The notes under the pieces were generated by a model. The model was given only the letters and a program-made list of their open reading frames with translations. It searched no databases and had not been told where the DNA came from. A stretch of 64,000 bases of DNA from an uncultured delta proteobacterium (GTDB lineage Bacteria; Desulfobacterota; Binatia; JACPRU01), in the NCBI GenBank assembly GCA_963745025.1, contig CAVUWD010000016.1:384001-448000 (forward strand), written 5' to 3'. Made by a program: the position numbers and the translations under genes. This document shows positions 49,141 through 62,589 of this stretch, one piece after another (position 1 is the first letter of the stretch; every line of letters begins with the position of its first letter).

Positions 49141-50424
49141 GTGAGCACCGCGGTGCGTCTCCGGTTGAGTAACCCGCGAGTCGTCGTCGCCCGGTTGCCG
49201 ATCCATTTTCTGGTAGTCGCCGTTGCTTTCTTCTCGCTGGGCGCGACGGCGCTCCCGTGGGTCGTCCGCGACCTGACCCGATCCTTCTACCAGCCGACGG
49301 TCCTGGCATTGGTTCATACCTTTACCCTCGGCTGGATCACCGGATCGATCATGGGGGTGATGACTCGCTACGTTCCGTCGCTCACCAAGCGGAATTTGCC
49401 GTTCCCGCGGCTGGCACAGACTCAGTTCGTCCTCTTCGTGATCGGCGCCGGGGGCCTCGTTGCTCACTTTTTTCTCGGGCGCTGGGGAGATACTGCGCTC
49501 GCAGCGGCGACGATGACGGCGAGCATCGTGCTTTTCGCGGTGAACATGACCGCGTGCTTGCTCCCCGTGTGGCATCGCGGCGCGACGGAGACTGGCTTGC
49601 TACTGTCCCTCGGGTTTCTATTTCTGAGCGCGGGCTTCGGCCTGCTGCTCGCGCTCGACAAGACCTTCGGCTTCCTTGGCGGCAGTCTGCTCGGAAACCT
49701 CGCCGCTCACGTGCACCTCGCGGCGCTCGGCTGGGCGGGCCTGACGATCTGCGCGGTTTCGTATCGCTTAGTGCCGGCGTTTTTATTGCCGGCGTCAACC
49801 ATCTCGCCCCTGTTTGCGCGCGGCCAAGTCTACGCTCTCGCGGCGTCCATCGCGCTCTTGAGTCTCTCTCTCCTGGGCAGGATCGGCGGCGTACGGCTGT
49901 GGAGCCTCTTGGTCGCCGCTTCATTGCTTTCTCACACATGGATTCTGTCGCGCGTATTCCGTCGCCGTCGGATGCCGATTGATTGGGCAATGCGCCACGC
50001 GGCGGCAGGCATCGGCTGCTTGATGTTTGCCATGAGTCTCGGACTCGCGCTCGCCTGGGTCGGCGCGGGGACCGGGGTCCTGAACCGCGTCGCTGGAGCC
50101 TATGGAGCCGTGGGCCTACTCGGCTGGATGACGAACTTCATCGTGGGCATGTCCTACCACCTGCTGCCGGGATTCGTGGTCGGAGCGAGATCCGCCGCCG
50201 GACTTCCCCTGCTTTCCGTGGCCGAGTTGTCTCCGCCACGCGCGCGGGCCTTCGTCTTTTTCTCCTTGAACCTCGGATTGCTCGTGCTCGCCGCCGGGTT
50301 GCTGGCGGGGGAGGCGTGGATCGCGTCGGCTGCGGCGACAGTGTTCGCAATCGGCGGTCTCCGCTACGCGCTCGCTTCGGCGCAGACACTGTCCTTTGCG
50401 TGGCGCCGCCGGTCCCCAAGTTAG
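49141..50424 (+). CDS. Polytopic membrane protein (NnrS/haem-copper-oxidase-I-like)
   Basis: About 12 TM helices with three repeated units: VHTFTLGW..IMG, AHVHLAALGW..YRLVP.F, YG..GLLGW..GMSYHLLP. Confidence 0.7.
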   Translation: MSTAVRLRLSNPRVVVARLPIHFLVVAVAFFSLGATALPWVVRDLTRSFYQPTVLALVHTFTLGWITGSIMGVMTRYVPSLTKRNLPFPRLAQTQFVLFVIGAGGLVAHFFLGRWGDTALAAATMTASIVLFAVNMTACLLPVWHRGATETGLLLSLGFLFLSAGFGLLLALDKTFGFLGGSLLGNLAAHVHLAALGWAGLTICAVSYRLVPAFLLPASTISPLFARGQVYALAASIALLSLSLLGRIGGVRLWSLLVAASLLSHTWILSRVFRRRRMPIDWAMRHAAAGIGCLMFAMSLGLALAWVGAGTGVLNRVAGAYGAVGLLGWMTNFIVGMSYHLLPGFVVGARSAAGLPLLSVAELSPPRARAFVFFSLNLGLLVLAAGLLAGEAWIASAAATVFAIGGLRYALASAQTLSFAWRRRSPS

Positions 50425-50682
50425 TCGGAGGCGTCGTTGCCGCTCTGTCCGCCTCGCGGCGAGCGCGTCGACCGGTCGCTAGCAGCGCAAGACGCGTTTC
50501 GCTTGGAACAGACATGATATGAAAGGCGCTGGCTCAAAGGGCTACGCTGACTCCTTTCGACGCAGGTTTATTCTATCTCGCGACGTGGTGGCTCCGGTGA
50601 GTCTATCACCGAACACGTCGTCAATTCTCGGAGATGAGGTCGAATCGATCGCGCCGTGCGAGAACGGCGCGATCGCGCTTCT

Positions 50683-50698
50683 TGGCATCGTGATTGCT
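50683..50698 (+). promoter_or_regulatory. sigma54 promoter for phaEC
   Basis: TGGCATCGTGATTGCT, consensus match. Confidence 0.8.
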
Positions 50699-50741
50699 TG
50701 CTTCTTGCGGAGAGAGCCGATCGTCACGAAGGAGAATCGCG

Positions 50742-51209
50742 ATGGCAAAGCAAGCAGCCGTCGGCATCAACGAGATGGTCTTCACGGTGTTGAGAACGCT
50801 TCTGCTCGATCTTCCCCTCGTCACGGCCAAGCGCGGGCTCGGGATGGCCGAGAAGCGGGCGGTCGCGGACACGGCGTGGAAAGGCTACGACGCATCGATT
50901 CGGCTCGGCAGCGCCTCCATCGATCGGCTCTACGGAAACCACTTGCTCGGCGGTCTGTTCGCTCGCTCCGTTCACGGGCTCTTGCTCTGGCAGAGGCTGA
51001 ACAGCGCCGTGATGGGGGCATTCTTCACCGGTTTATGGCGCGCGACGGATCTTCCTACGGCCACTGAAGTGAATGCCGTTCGCGAGGAGCTGCGTGCGCT
51101 CGCAGCCAGCCTCAACGCCCAGGGCAAAAAGATCGAGGCACTGATCGATCGGCCGGTGGCGTCCAAAGCCTCGCACGCCGCGAAGGTCGCCCGCTCGATC
51201 GCCGCGTGA
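50742..51209 (+). CDS. phaE: Short PhaE/PhaR-like PHA synthase partner
   Basis: AAGGAG RBS; DLPTATEV..VREELRAL followed by a coiled coil; immediately before phaC. Confidence 0.6.
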   Translation: MAKQAAVGINEMVFTVLRTLLLDLPLVTAKRGLGMAEKRAVADTAWKGYDASIRLGSASIDRLYGNHLLGGLFARSVHGLLLWQRLNSAVMGAFFTGLWRATDLPTATEVNAVREELRALAASLNAQGKKIEALIDRPVASKASHAAKVARSIAA

Positions 51210-51230
51210 GGGGACGAAACGGAGGTTGCA

Positions 51231-52310
51231 ATGCTATCCCTGGTTGGTCATCTCGTCCGGTCCTGGACCGATGGAGCGATCCGCGAGCTCGAAGGCTTCC
51301 GGCGCGGCCTGAGCGAGCCCTTTCCGCTACGCGAGGATCCGCCTTCGGTGACTCCGTATGAAGTGGTCTACGAGGCGGGAAAGATTCGGCTGCGTCACTA
51401 CCGAGCGGTCGGGACTCCGCAGCCGATGCCTCTCGTATTGGTTTATGCCCTCGTCAAGCGGCCGTACATCCTCGACCTGGAGCCCGGACGAAGTGTCGTC
51501 GAGAACCTCACGCGACAGGGATTCGAGGTCTATCTCACGGACTGGATCCCACCCACTCGCGCGGACACCTCGCGCGGGTTCGACGCCTACGTGAACGATG
51601 ACCTCGCCAAGGCGGTCCGCGTCGTTCAGATCCGAGAAGACGTCAAGGAAGTCGCCGTTCTCGGCTATTGCTTCGGCGGTCTTCTGGCGACCATTTACAC
51701 CGCGCTCCACCCCGAGACGGTGAAGAACCTCCTCACCCTCACCCTCCCGTTCGACATGAGCGTTCGCGACGGAGTCCCGGCCTTCGCTCTGATGGGCCAA
51801 CTCGGGCCGGACGCGATCGACCTCGTCGCCGACACCTACGGCAACTGCCCTGCATGGCTCATGCGGGCGGGCTTCACCTCCATGGCGCCGCTTCACCATG
51901 CCTTGAACAAGTACGTCGACCTCTACAGAGGCATGGATCGGCCGGGCTACGCGGAGACGTTCGCCCTCTTCGAGAGGTGGATGAGCGACGACGTGCCGTT
52001 GGCCGGTCGCATCTTCCGCGAGATGGCGACGGAGATCTTTGGCCGAAATCGCCTGTGCAGGAACGCTCTCGAGGTCGGCGGCCGGAAAGTGGACGTCGCA
52101 TCGATCGCCTGCCCGGTCCTCAACATCATCGGCCAATACGACGACGTCGTGCCTCCCGCGTCGAGCCGTCCGTTCATCGACGCCGTCGGCAGCCGCGACA
52201 AGCAAAATCTCGAGTTTCCGAACGGCCACATGGGTCTCGCCGTGAGCGGCGCGGCGCAGGCCAAGCTCTGGCCGGAGGTCGGGGCCTGGCTGAAGCAGCG
52301 AGCGTCCTAG
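51231..52310 (+). CDS. phaC: Class III PHA synthase
   Basis: LVYALVKRPYILDL.PGRS, GYCFGG, YDDVVP, GHMGL; 359 aa. Confidence 0.9.
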   Translation: MLSLVGHLVRSWTDGAIRELEGFRRGLSEPFPLREDPPSVTPYEVVYEAGKIRLRHYRAVGTPQPMPLVLVYALVKRPYILDLEPGRSVVENLTRQGFEVYLTDWIPPTRADTSRGFDAYVNDDLAKAVRVVQIREDVKEVAVLGYCFGGLLATIYTALHPETVKNLLTLTLPFDMSVRDGVPAFALMGQLGPDAIDLVADTYGNCPAWLMRAGFTSMAPLHHALNKYVDLYRGMDRPGYAETFALFERWMSDDVPLAGRIFREMATEIFGRNRLCRNALEVGGRKVDVASIACPVLNIIGQYDDVVPPASSRPFIDAVGSRDKQNLEFPNGHMGLAVSGAAQAKLWPEVGAWLKQRAS

Positions 52311-52541
52311 TTTCGACCTCCAGACTCGGAGGTCGCCACGACGTTTCTAGCCCTTTGCCGATGCGGGTGTTTTGCGTCGGTCAGAAGATGATTGCTGTGT
52401 TGCCTCGTTCCTGCTTCTCTGGCGCGGATCCTCCGCGAGCAGCAACGAAGTAGACGCGCTGCGTGACGGCAACGCTCGCCAGGTTCGCCCCGACATGGTA
52501 GGGTCCGCCGTTTGGGAGCCGATTTGTCAAATCTGACTCTT

Positions 52542-52627
<86 letters not shown>

Positions 52628-52633
52628 TGAAGA

Positions 52634-52704
52634 GGCTTTCGGCTCTGGGCGATCGGCGGTCGGCAGCGCAAAGTCGTCCGCCGAGAGCTGACAGCCCAGA
52701 GCCG
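52634..52704. repeat. Heptamer palindromic repeat, copy 1
   Basis: GGCTTTC-GGCTCTG-GGCGATC-GGCGGTC...GCAAAG...GCCGAGA-GCTGACA-GCCCAGA. Confidence 0.65.
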
Positions 52705-52752
52705 GACCCTTTACCTCTTCGTAGCAACGCATATAAGTGTCACCGGAACTAA

Positions 52753-52838
<86 letters not shown>

Positions 52839-52845
52839 TGGAAGA

Positions 52846-52921
52846 GGCTATCGGCTCTCGGCCGTCGGCGATCGGCGCCGTGGAGTCTTTAGCCGATGGG
52901 CGAGAGCTGATAGCGGAGAGC
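52846..52921. repeat. Heptamer palindromic repeat, copy 2
   Basis: GGCTATC-GGCTCTC-GGCCGTC-GGCGATC...GAGTCTTT...GCCGATG-GGCGAGA-GCTGATA-GCGGAGA. Confidence 0.65.
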
Positions 52922-52926
52922 ACAGA

Positions 52927-53051
52927 GGCCCGTGAGTGATAGCTAGGTCCTACGCAAGAGGAGGCCGCGAAACCCGCCAGGTCCGGAAGGAAGCAACGGT
53001 ACCGGCAATCCCTCTGTGCCGTAGGGCAACCTAGCTATCACTGGCGGGCTT
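52927..53051 (+). ncRNA. ffs: Signal recognition particle small RNA (4.5S)
   Basis: CAGGTCCGGAAGGAAGCAACGG helix-8 motif inside a long stem (AGTGATAGCTAGG/CCTAGCTATCACT), upstream of dnaX. Confidence 0.9.
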
Positions 53052-53066
53052 CGTAGCATTCGCGCG

Positions 53067-54755
53067 ATGAATTCCGACGCTTCCGAACGGGACTATCTCG
53101 TCCTCGCCCGTAAGTACCGGCCGCAGCAGTTCCGCGATTTGGTCGGCCAGGAGCACGTCACCGAGACGCTGCGCAACGCCATCGCCAGCGGACGCATCGC
53201 GCACGCATTCCTCTTCACCGGCATCCGCGGCGTCGGCAAAACGACCGCTGCGCGTTTGCTCGCCAAGTCGCTGAACTGCGAGCGCTCGCGCGAGCCCACG
53301 CCCGAACCGTGCGACGAGTGCTCGAACTGCCGGGAAATTCGCGACTCGCGATCCATCGACGTCGCCGAGATCGACGGCGCCTCGAACCGTGGGATCGACT
53401 CGATCCGCGAGCTCACGGACAACGTGCGTTATCTGCCGATCAAGAGCCGCTTCCGGGTCTACATCATCGACGAGGCCCACATGGTCACGCGCGAGGGCTT
53501 CAACGCGCTCTTGAAGACCCTCGAGGAGCCGCCGGCGCACGTCAAGTTCATCTTCGCGACGACGGCCGTGGAGAAGTTCCCGGAGACGATCGTTTCGCGC
53601 TGTCAGCGCTACGACTTCAAGCGGATCCCTCTCGCGCGCATCAAGCACGAGCTCGAGCGTATCGCGGCCAAGGAGAATCTCGCCCTCACCGACGCGGCGC
53701 TCTACGCGGTCGCTCGCGAAGGGCAGGGCAGCATGCGCGATGCCGAGTCGCTGCTCGAGCGGTTGATCGCGTTCTCCGATCGGACGATCGACGACGCCAA
53801 GATCGGCGAGATCCTGGGCGTGGCCGACCGCAAGACGCTGGTCGCCGCGGCCGATGCGGTTCTAGCCCGCGACGCGAAGGGCGCTCTCGAGCTCGTCGAT
53901 CGGGTCCACGAATCCGGACGCGATCTCGAGCGGTTCAGCCGAGACCTGCTCGAGCACTGGCGGAACCTGGTCGTCACCAAGCTCGGTGCCGATGCCTCGG
54001 TGCTCGTCGACGTGCCCTCCGATGAGATCGGCGAGTATCGACGTCAGGCGGCGCTTCGCGATCTCGGCGAGCTCCAGCGCCTCTTCCGGATCGCACGGCT
54101 CGGCGACGAGGAGCTCGGGCGGTCCTCGGTGCCGCGCATGGTCCTCGAGATGACGATGGTGCGGCTCGCGACCGCCGAACCCGTGCTTCCGGTCGACGAG
54201 GTGCTCGACCGCCTCGATGAGATCGAACGCGGGCTCGGACGCTCGTCGGTCACCAGCGCGAAGGCGCTGCCGCTCGCGTCGCCGAGCCCGCCGGCCGCGC
54301 CAGCGACGGCCGCGGCGCCGCCCCGGAGCAACGGACCGTCGCAGGACGAGGGCACCACGCGCGGCCCCACGCGACCGCGCGAGAGTGCCCCGGCCGGCAC
54401 CGGCGATCCGCGATGGGACGAGCTTCTCGCCTTCGTTCAGCAGAAGAAGCCCTCCCTCTACTTCAATCTGAGTCACGCTCGCTGGCTCGGCGGCGGCGCC
54501 GGAAGCCTCGCGCTCGGCGTGTCCAAGGAGAAGTTTCGCAACGAGCTCGCGGCGCGAACCACCCTCGCGCTTCTCGAGGAGCTGGCCTCCGCGTTCTACG
54601 GGCAGCCGACACGCATTCGCGTGGAGGCGGTCACGGAGAACGTGAGCCCGCCACCCCCGGCCTCCTCCGCTTCCGAAATGCTGGAACATCCCTCGGTCAA
54701 GGCGGCGGTGGAGATCCTCGGCGGCGAGGTGCGCGAAGTGCGTTCGCGCCGGTGA
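53067..54755 (+). CDS. dnaX: DNA polymerase III gamma/tau
   Basis: YLVLARKYRPQ, GIRGVGKTT, EIDGASN, IIDEAHM, NALLKTLEEPP, SRCQ. Confidence 0.97.
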   Translation: MNSDASERDYLVLARKYRPQQFRDLVGQEHVTETLRNAIASGRIAHAFLFTGIRGVGKTTAARLLAKSLNCERSREPTPEPCDECSNCREIRDSRSIDVAEIDGASNRGIDSIRELTDNVRYLPIKSRFRVYIIDEAHMVTREGFNALLKTLEEPPAHVKFIFATTAVEKFPETIVSRCQRYDFKRIPLARIKHELERIAAKENLALTDAALYAVAREGQGSMRDAESLLERLIAFSDRTIDDAKIGEILGVADRKTLVAAADAVLARDAKGALELVDRVHESGRDLERFSRDLLEHWRNLVVTKLGADASVLVDVPSDEIGEYRRQAALRDLGELQRLFRIARLGDEELGRSSVPRMVLEMTMVRLATAEPVLPVDEVLDRLDEIERGLGRSSVTSAKALPLASPSPPAAPATAAAPPRSNGPSQDEGTTRGPTRPRESAPAGTGDPRWDELLAFVQQKKPSLYFNLSHARWLGGGAGSLALGVSKEKFRNELAARTTLALLEELASAFYGQPTRIRVEAVTENVSPPPPASSASEMLEHPSVKAAVEILGGEVREVRSRR

Positions 54756-54774
54756 CCGCGGGAAGGAGCCGACG

Positions 54775-55092
54775 ATGCCCAACGGTATGGCGGATATCTT
54801 GAAACAGGCTCAGGCGCTGCAGTCGAAGCTCACCGAACTGCAAGCCGAGGCGGAGCGCAAGACGGTAGAAGCCTCCTCGGGTGGCGGGATGGTGACGGTG
54901 GTGGTCAACGGCAGGCTGCAGGTTCTGTCGATCCGCATCGAGCCGCAGGTGCTGAACGCCGAAGACCGAGAAATGCTCCAAGACCTGGTGATGGCGGCGG
55001 TCAACGAGGCGATCCGCAAGGCGCAACAGGTGATGGCCGAGGCGATGAGCCGCGTGACCGGCGGTCTCAAGATCCCGGGTCTCGGCGGCTGA
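54775..55092 (+). CDS. ybaB: YbaB/EbfC nucleoid-associated protein
   Basis: KQAQ..Q, SGGGMVTV, EMLQDL..AAVNEA; dnaX-ybaB-recR synteny. Confidence 0.95.
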   Translation: MPNGMADILKQAQALQSKLTELQAEAERKTVEASSGGGMVTVVVNGRLQVLSIRIEPQVLNAEDREMLQDLVMAAVNEAIRKAQQVMAEAMSRVTGGLKIPGLGG

Positions 55093-55104
55093 GACGGCAG
55101 AGCG

Positions 55105-55704
55105 ATGGCGGCGATGCCGGTTCCGCTGAAGCGCCTGATCGAGCAGCTGACTCGGTTACCCGGCGTCGGCGAGAAGAGCGCCACACGGCTCGCGTTCTTC
55201 CTGCTGCGCGCCGACACGGACTATCCGCGGGCCCTCGCCGACGCGATCACGGCGCTCAAGCGCGAGATCCGCCTCTGCTCCCACTGCCTGGGATTCACCG
55301 AGCAGGATCCCTGCGCGCTCTGCGCGGACCCGCGACGGAGCAACGAGGTGGTGTGCGTGGTCGAGGATCCTGCGGACGTCATGGCGATCGAGCGAGCCGG
55401 GGACTTTCGTGGCCGTTACCACGTGCTCCACGGAACGCTGGCACCGCTCGATGGCGTCGGACCCGAGCAGCTGAAAGTCGCCGAGTTGCTCACGCGCCTG
55501 CGCGAGGGCAGCGTGCGCGAGGTGATTCTCGCCACCAATGCGACCGTAGAGGGCGAGGCGACGGCGCTCTATCTCGCCAAGCTGATCAAGCCGATCGGGG
55601 TCAAGGTGACGCGGATCGCGCACGGGCTGCCGATGGGCGGCGACGTGGAATACGCCGACAGCGTGACGCTCTCGCGGGCGCTCGAGGGACGCCGGGAAAT
55701 GTGA
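55105..55704 (+). CDS. recR: Recombination protein RecR
   Basis: LPGVGEKSA.RLA, C4 zinc finger, CVVE, YHVLHG, EGEATA. Confidence 0.97.
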   Translation: MAAMPVPLKRLIEQLTRLPGVGEKSATRLAFFLLRADTDYPRALADAITALKREIRLCSHCLGFTEQDPCALCADPRRSNEVVCVVEDPADVMAIERAGDFRGRYHVLHGTLAPLDGVGPEQLKVAELLTRLREGSVREVILATNATVEGEATALYLAKLIKPIGVKVTRIAHGLPMGGDVEYADSVTLSRALEGRREM

Positions 55705-55707
55705 AGC

Positions 55708-55785
55708 GGCTACCGGCTTCCGCCTACCGGCTACCGGCAAAGACGCCCGGAGCCTGCGGTAGCCGGCAGTCGGTAGCCTGTAGCC
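55708..55785. repeat. Heptamer palindromic repeat, copy 3
   Basis: (GGCTACC/GGCTTCC)x4-GCAAAGAC...(GGTAGCC-like)x4 after the recR stop. Confidence 0.8.
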
Positions 55786-55811
55786 GACTTTCCGTGTAAA
55801 CTTCGCCGCTT

Positions 55812-57725
55812 ATGCTCTCGCTCGTCGGCGTGTCCAAGCAGTACGGCTCGCAGATCGTGCTCCGTGACGTCGACTGGTCCGTCGTCGCGGGCGAGCGGGT
55901 CGGACTTGCCGGCGCCAACGGCGCCGGCAAGTCGACGCTCCTTTGCATCGTCGCCGGGCTCGTCGAGCCCGACCGCGGTGAGGTTTGCTTCAAGAAGGGA
56001 GCGACCGTCGGTTACCTGCCGCAAGAGATCATCGGCTCGAGCGGCCAGACCGTGCTCGTCTCGGCTCTGTCTGCGTTCGACGCGATCCACGCGCTCGAAG
56101 CTCGCTGTCGCGATCTCGAGCACCGCATGGAAGCCGCCGACCCGAGCGCCGACGGCTACGCGGGACTCATGGGGGAGTATGCCGCGGCGCGCGAGGAGTG
56201 GGACCGCCGCGGCAGCTACGATCTCGAGAGCCGCGCCGAGGAGGTGCTCGCCGGTCTCGGCTTTCGTGAGATGGACTTCCAGCGAGACGTCGGAGAGTTC
56301 AGCGGCGGTTGGCAGATGCGCGTCGCGCTCGCCCGCTTGCTGCTCCAACGCCCCGATGTGCTCCTGCTCGACGAGCCGACGAATCATCTCGACCTCGAGG
56401 CGCGGAACTGGCTCGAAGAGTTCCTCGCCACGTATCCCGGCGCGATCGTCTTGGTGGCGCACGACCGGTACTTTCTCGATGTCACGGTCACGCGCATCAG
56501 CGAAGTCGAAAACGGCCGGCTCACCGATTATGCCTGTAACTTCTCGAGGTACGAGACGCAAAAGGAAGAGCGCCTCGCGCAGGCGCGGCACGCCTACGAG
56601 GTGCAGCAGGAAGAGATCGAGCGGATGGAGGGCTTCATCCGCAAGTTTCGCTACCAGGCGTCGAAGGCGAAGCTCGTGCAGAGCCGCATCAAGCAGCTCG
56701 AGAAGATCGAGCGGCTGGAAATCCCGCCCGGAACGAAGAAGCTCCACATCCGTCTCCCGTCCGCGCCACGCAGCGGCCGGACCGTGCTGGAGCTGCGCCA
56801 GGCTCGCAAGAGCTACGGAGATCTCGTCGTCTACGACGGGCTCGACCTCGCGCTCGAGCGCGGCGAGCGCCTCGCGCTCGTCGGACCGAACGGTGCCGGT
56901 AAGACCACGCTCGTGAAGCTGCTCGCCGGCGTCGAACCGCTCTCGACCGGCGAGCGCAAGGTCGGCCACAACGTCGAGCTCGGTTACTTCGCCCAGGACC
57001 AGGCGAACGTCCTCGATCCGGGGAAGAGCGTCCTCGATGAGATGATGGCCGTCGCTCCCTACGACATGGTGCCGCGGCTGCGCGACCTCCTCGGAGCCTT
57101 TCTCTTCGTCGGGGACGCCGTGGGGAAGCCTACCTCCGTCCTGTCCGGCGGGGAGCGAAATCGGCTGGCGCTCGCCAAGCTGCTGCTTCGCCCGGTCAAC
57201 TGCCTGCTGCTCGACGAGCCGACCAACCATCTCGACATGCACGCCAAGGACGTGCTCCTAGAGGCGCTCCAGAACTACGAAGGCACGATCGTGCTCGTCT
57301 CCCACGACCGCTACATCCTCGATGCGCTCCCACAATGCGTCATCGAGGTCGGCCACGGGCGAGCCGTCCGCTATCTCGGCAACTACGAAGATTACCTGCG
57401 GAAGAAGGCCGCCGAGGAGGCCGCTCGAACGCTGCCTCCGTTGCAGCCGCCGCGTGCCGCCAAGCCGGTCCAGGCGGCCAGAGCCGAGTCGCCCAAGCCG
57501 GCCAAGAAGCCTTCCAACGGTCGGAACGGGCTCGATCCTACTCGACTCACCGAAGAGATCGCACGCTTCGAAGAAGAGCAGTCGAAGCTCTCCGAAGAGC
57601 TCTCCCGGCCCAACTTCTACATGACGCATCCGGATCCGAACGGTCTGATCGCGCGCTATGCCGAGCTCAAGCAGCAGGTGGACGACCTATACCGGAAGCT
57701 CGGCCAGGCGTTGGCCGAGGGGTAG
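55812..57725 (+). CDS. ABC-F family ATPase (Uup/YheS-like)
   Basis: Two NBDs (GANGAGKST, FSGGWQMR, LDEPTNHLD; GPNGAGKTT, LSGGE); no TM helices. Confidence 0.92.
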   Translation: MLSLVGVSKQYGSQIVLRDVDWSVVAGERVGLAGANGAGKSTLLCIVAGLVEPDRGEVCFKKGATVGYLPQEIIGSSGQTVLVSALSAFDAIHALEARCRDLEHRMEAADPSADGYAGLMGEYAAAREEWDRRGSYDLESRAEEVLAGLGFREMDFQRDVGEFSGGWQMRVALARLLLQRPDVLLLDEPTNHLDLEARNWLEEFLATYPGAIVLVAHDRYFLDVTVTRISEVENGRLTDYACNFSRYETQKEERLAQARHAYEVQQEEIERMEGFIRKFRYQASKAKLVQSRIKQLEKIERLEIPPGTKKLHIRLPSAPRSGRTVLELRQARKSYGDLVVYDGLDLALERGERLALVGPNGAGKTTLVKLLAGVEPLSTGERKVGHNVELGYFAQDQANVLDPGKSVLDEMMAVAPYDMVPRLRDLLGAFLFVGDAVGKPTSVLSGGERNRLALAKLLLRPVNCLLLDEPTNHLDMHAKDVLLEALQNYEGTIVLVSHDRYILDALPQCVIEVGHGRAVRYLGNYEDYLRKKAAEEAARTLPPLQPPRAAKPVQAARAESPKPAKKPSNGRNGLDPTRLTEEIARFEEEQSKLSEELSRPNFYMTHPDPNGLIARYAELKQQVDDLYRKLGQALAEG

Positions 57726-57732
57726 CAAACGC

Positions 57733-57798
57733 GGCTACCGGCTTCCGGCTACCGACTACCGCAAAGGCTCATGGTGTCTCTTGCGGTAGCCGGTGGCC
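57733..57798. repeat. Heptamer palindromic repeat, copy 4, between convergent genes
   Basis: GGCTACC-GGCTTCC-GGCTACC-GACTACC-GCAAAGGCTCA...TTGC-GGTAGCC-GGTGGCC. Confidence 0.8.
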
Positions 57799-57803
57799 CG
57801 TCC

Positions 57804-61080
<3,277 letters not shown>

Positions 61081-61088
<8 letters not shown>

Positions 61089-62586
61089 AGACGCCATCGG
61101 CGAACCACTCCCCGCTCTCGCGCTCACGGTAGATACGGTAGACGCCGCCGTCGGAGAGCTCGGCATCGTAGTAGTCCCGCGCGAAGGAAGAATCGCGCCA
61201 CCATTCGCCCGACAGCCGCCACGGACCGCCAAGCGTGACGACCCGTCCGCCGAACTTCTCGGTCGCCCCCGATCCACGCACGAAGTCCGGGCGTCCACGG
61301 TCGCAAACCACTTCGATCGAAGCGGGAGGGCGAAATACACGTAACGCGAGGGGGGTGGACCCATTCGTCGCGCTTCGATTGGGCGCCGCACGAGCACGAG
61401 CCGGAGGCGCGAGCGCGAAGCGTTCGATGGCGGATGCTTCGGGGCGGTGTGAATCGATGACCGCGGGTGAACCGACCCGCTCCGCTCCGGCAATGGACGT
61501 GAGGCGGGCGATCGTCACGCCGAGATCCTGCGGGCTCGGGCCCGCCGGCACGAAGAGATCGAGCTCGATCGGCCGCAGTCGCTCGGCAACGGCCGAGAGG
61601 CGGAACCATTCGACCGCTGCCCGCGGCGGCCGTCGATCGAAGTGGAGACGAGCGAGCGCGAGCAATGCCTTCACTTCGTTGGTCGGTGCCGCCACCGCGA
61701 TGACGTGCTCCTCGCGCCCGCCGCCCTCGAGACGAAGCGAGAGCCGCAGATCGCCCGCGCGTAGGCCGCGGATGTCGAGGCGGGCGGTCAAGCGCTCGAG
61801 AGCCGCGCGCAGCAGAAAGGAGAGCGGTTCGAAGGAGTCGATTGCGTAGCCGCAGTCGATCGTCTCCTCGAAGTGGCACGGACGAGGGCGTACGACGAGC
61901 GGCTCCTCGTCTTCGCCGGCGGCGCGCTTCCAGAGCTGGATTCCCGTCTCTCCAAAGCGCCATCCGACTGCCGTCACCGGCAGCGCGGCGAGCTGGCCGA
62001 GCGTGCGAATTCCCCAACGCTCCAGGGTGAGGGCGGCGTCGTCTGGAGGGTCGAGTACCGAGATCGGCAGCGAACCGAGCCGCCGCCGACCCTCTCCCGC
62101 GGAAACGACGTCGACTCCTTCGCTCGTGCGAGCCGCGAGGTATGCCACCGTCTTGGTCGATGCGACAGTGGCGCGTCCTTCGAGTCCGACTCGTCGCAGC
62201 CGTGCGACCAGCGACGTCGCCAGATGGCGCTCGCTGCCGAACAGCGATCGCAGGCCGTCGATCTCGAGAAAGACCACACCGCCTCCCGCATTCTCGACTC
62301 GCGGGGAGAACGAATCGGCGGCGTCGCAGAGCGCTTCTTCCGCAGAATGGAGAACTTCCGCGTGCGGTTGGCGCACGAGCAGCGCATTGGAGATCGCGCG
62401 TGCCTCCGCTGCAGAGATGCCGGCGCGCGCGCCGAGCGCCAGCGCTTCGGCGGAGACGGCCGTCAGTGGCGCGCGGGGATCCTCACGCGCGACGGTGACG
62501 AGCGGCCGGCCGTGGAGATCGGGCTCGGCGCGCCGTAGCGCCGCGAGGGGAAAATCGGGAACGAACAGACAAGCAATGCGGGGCAT
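61081..62586 (-). CDS. imuB: Inactive Y-family polymerase ImuB
   Basis: ACLFVPDFPL, FSPRVE, WGIRTLGQLA.LP, GPWRLSGEWW...RDYYD...W..DG.YD. Confidence 0.9.
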
Positions 62587-62589
62587 GAC

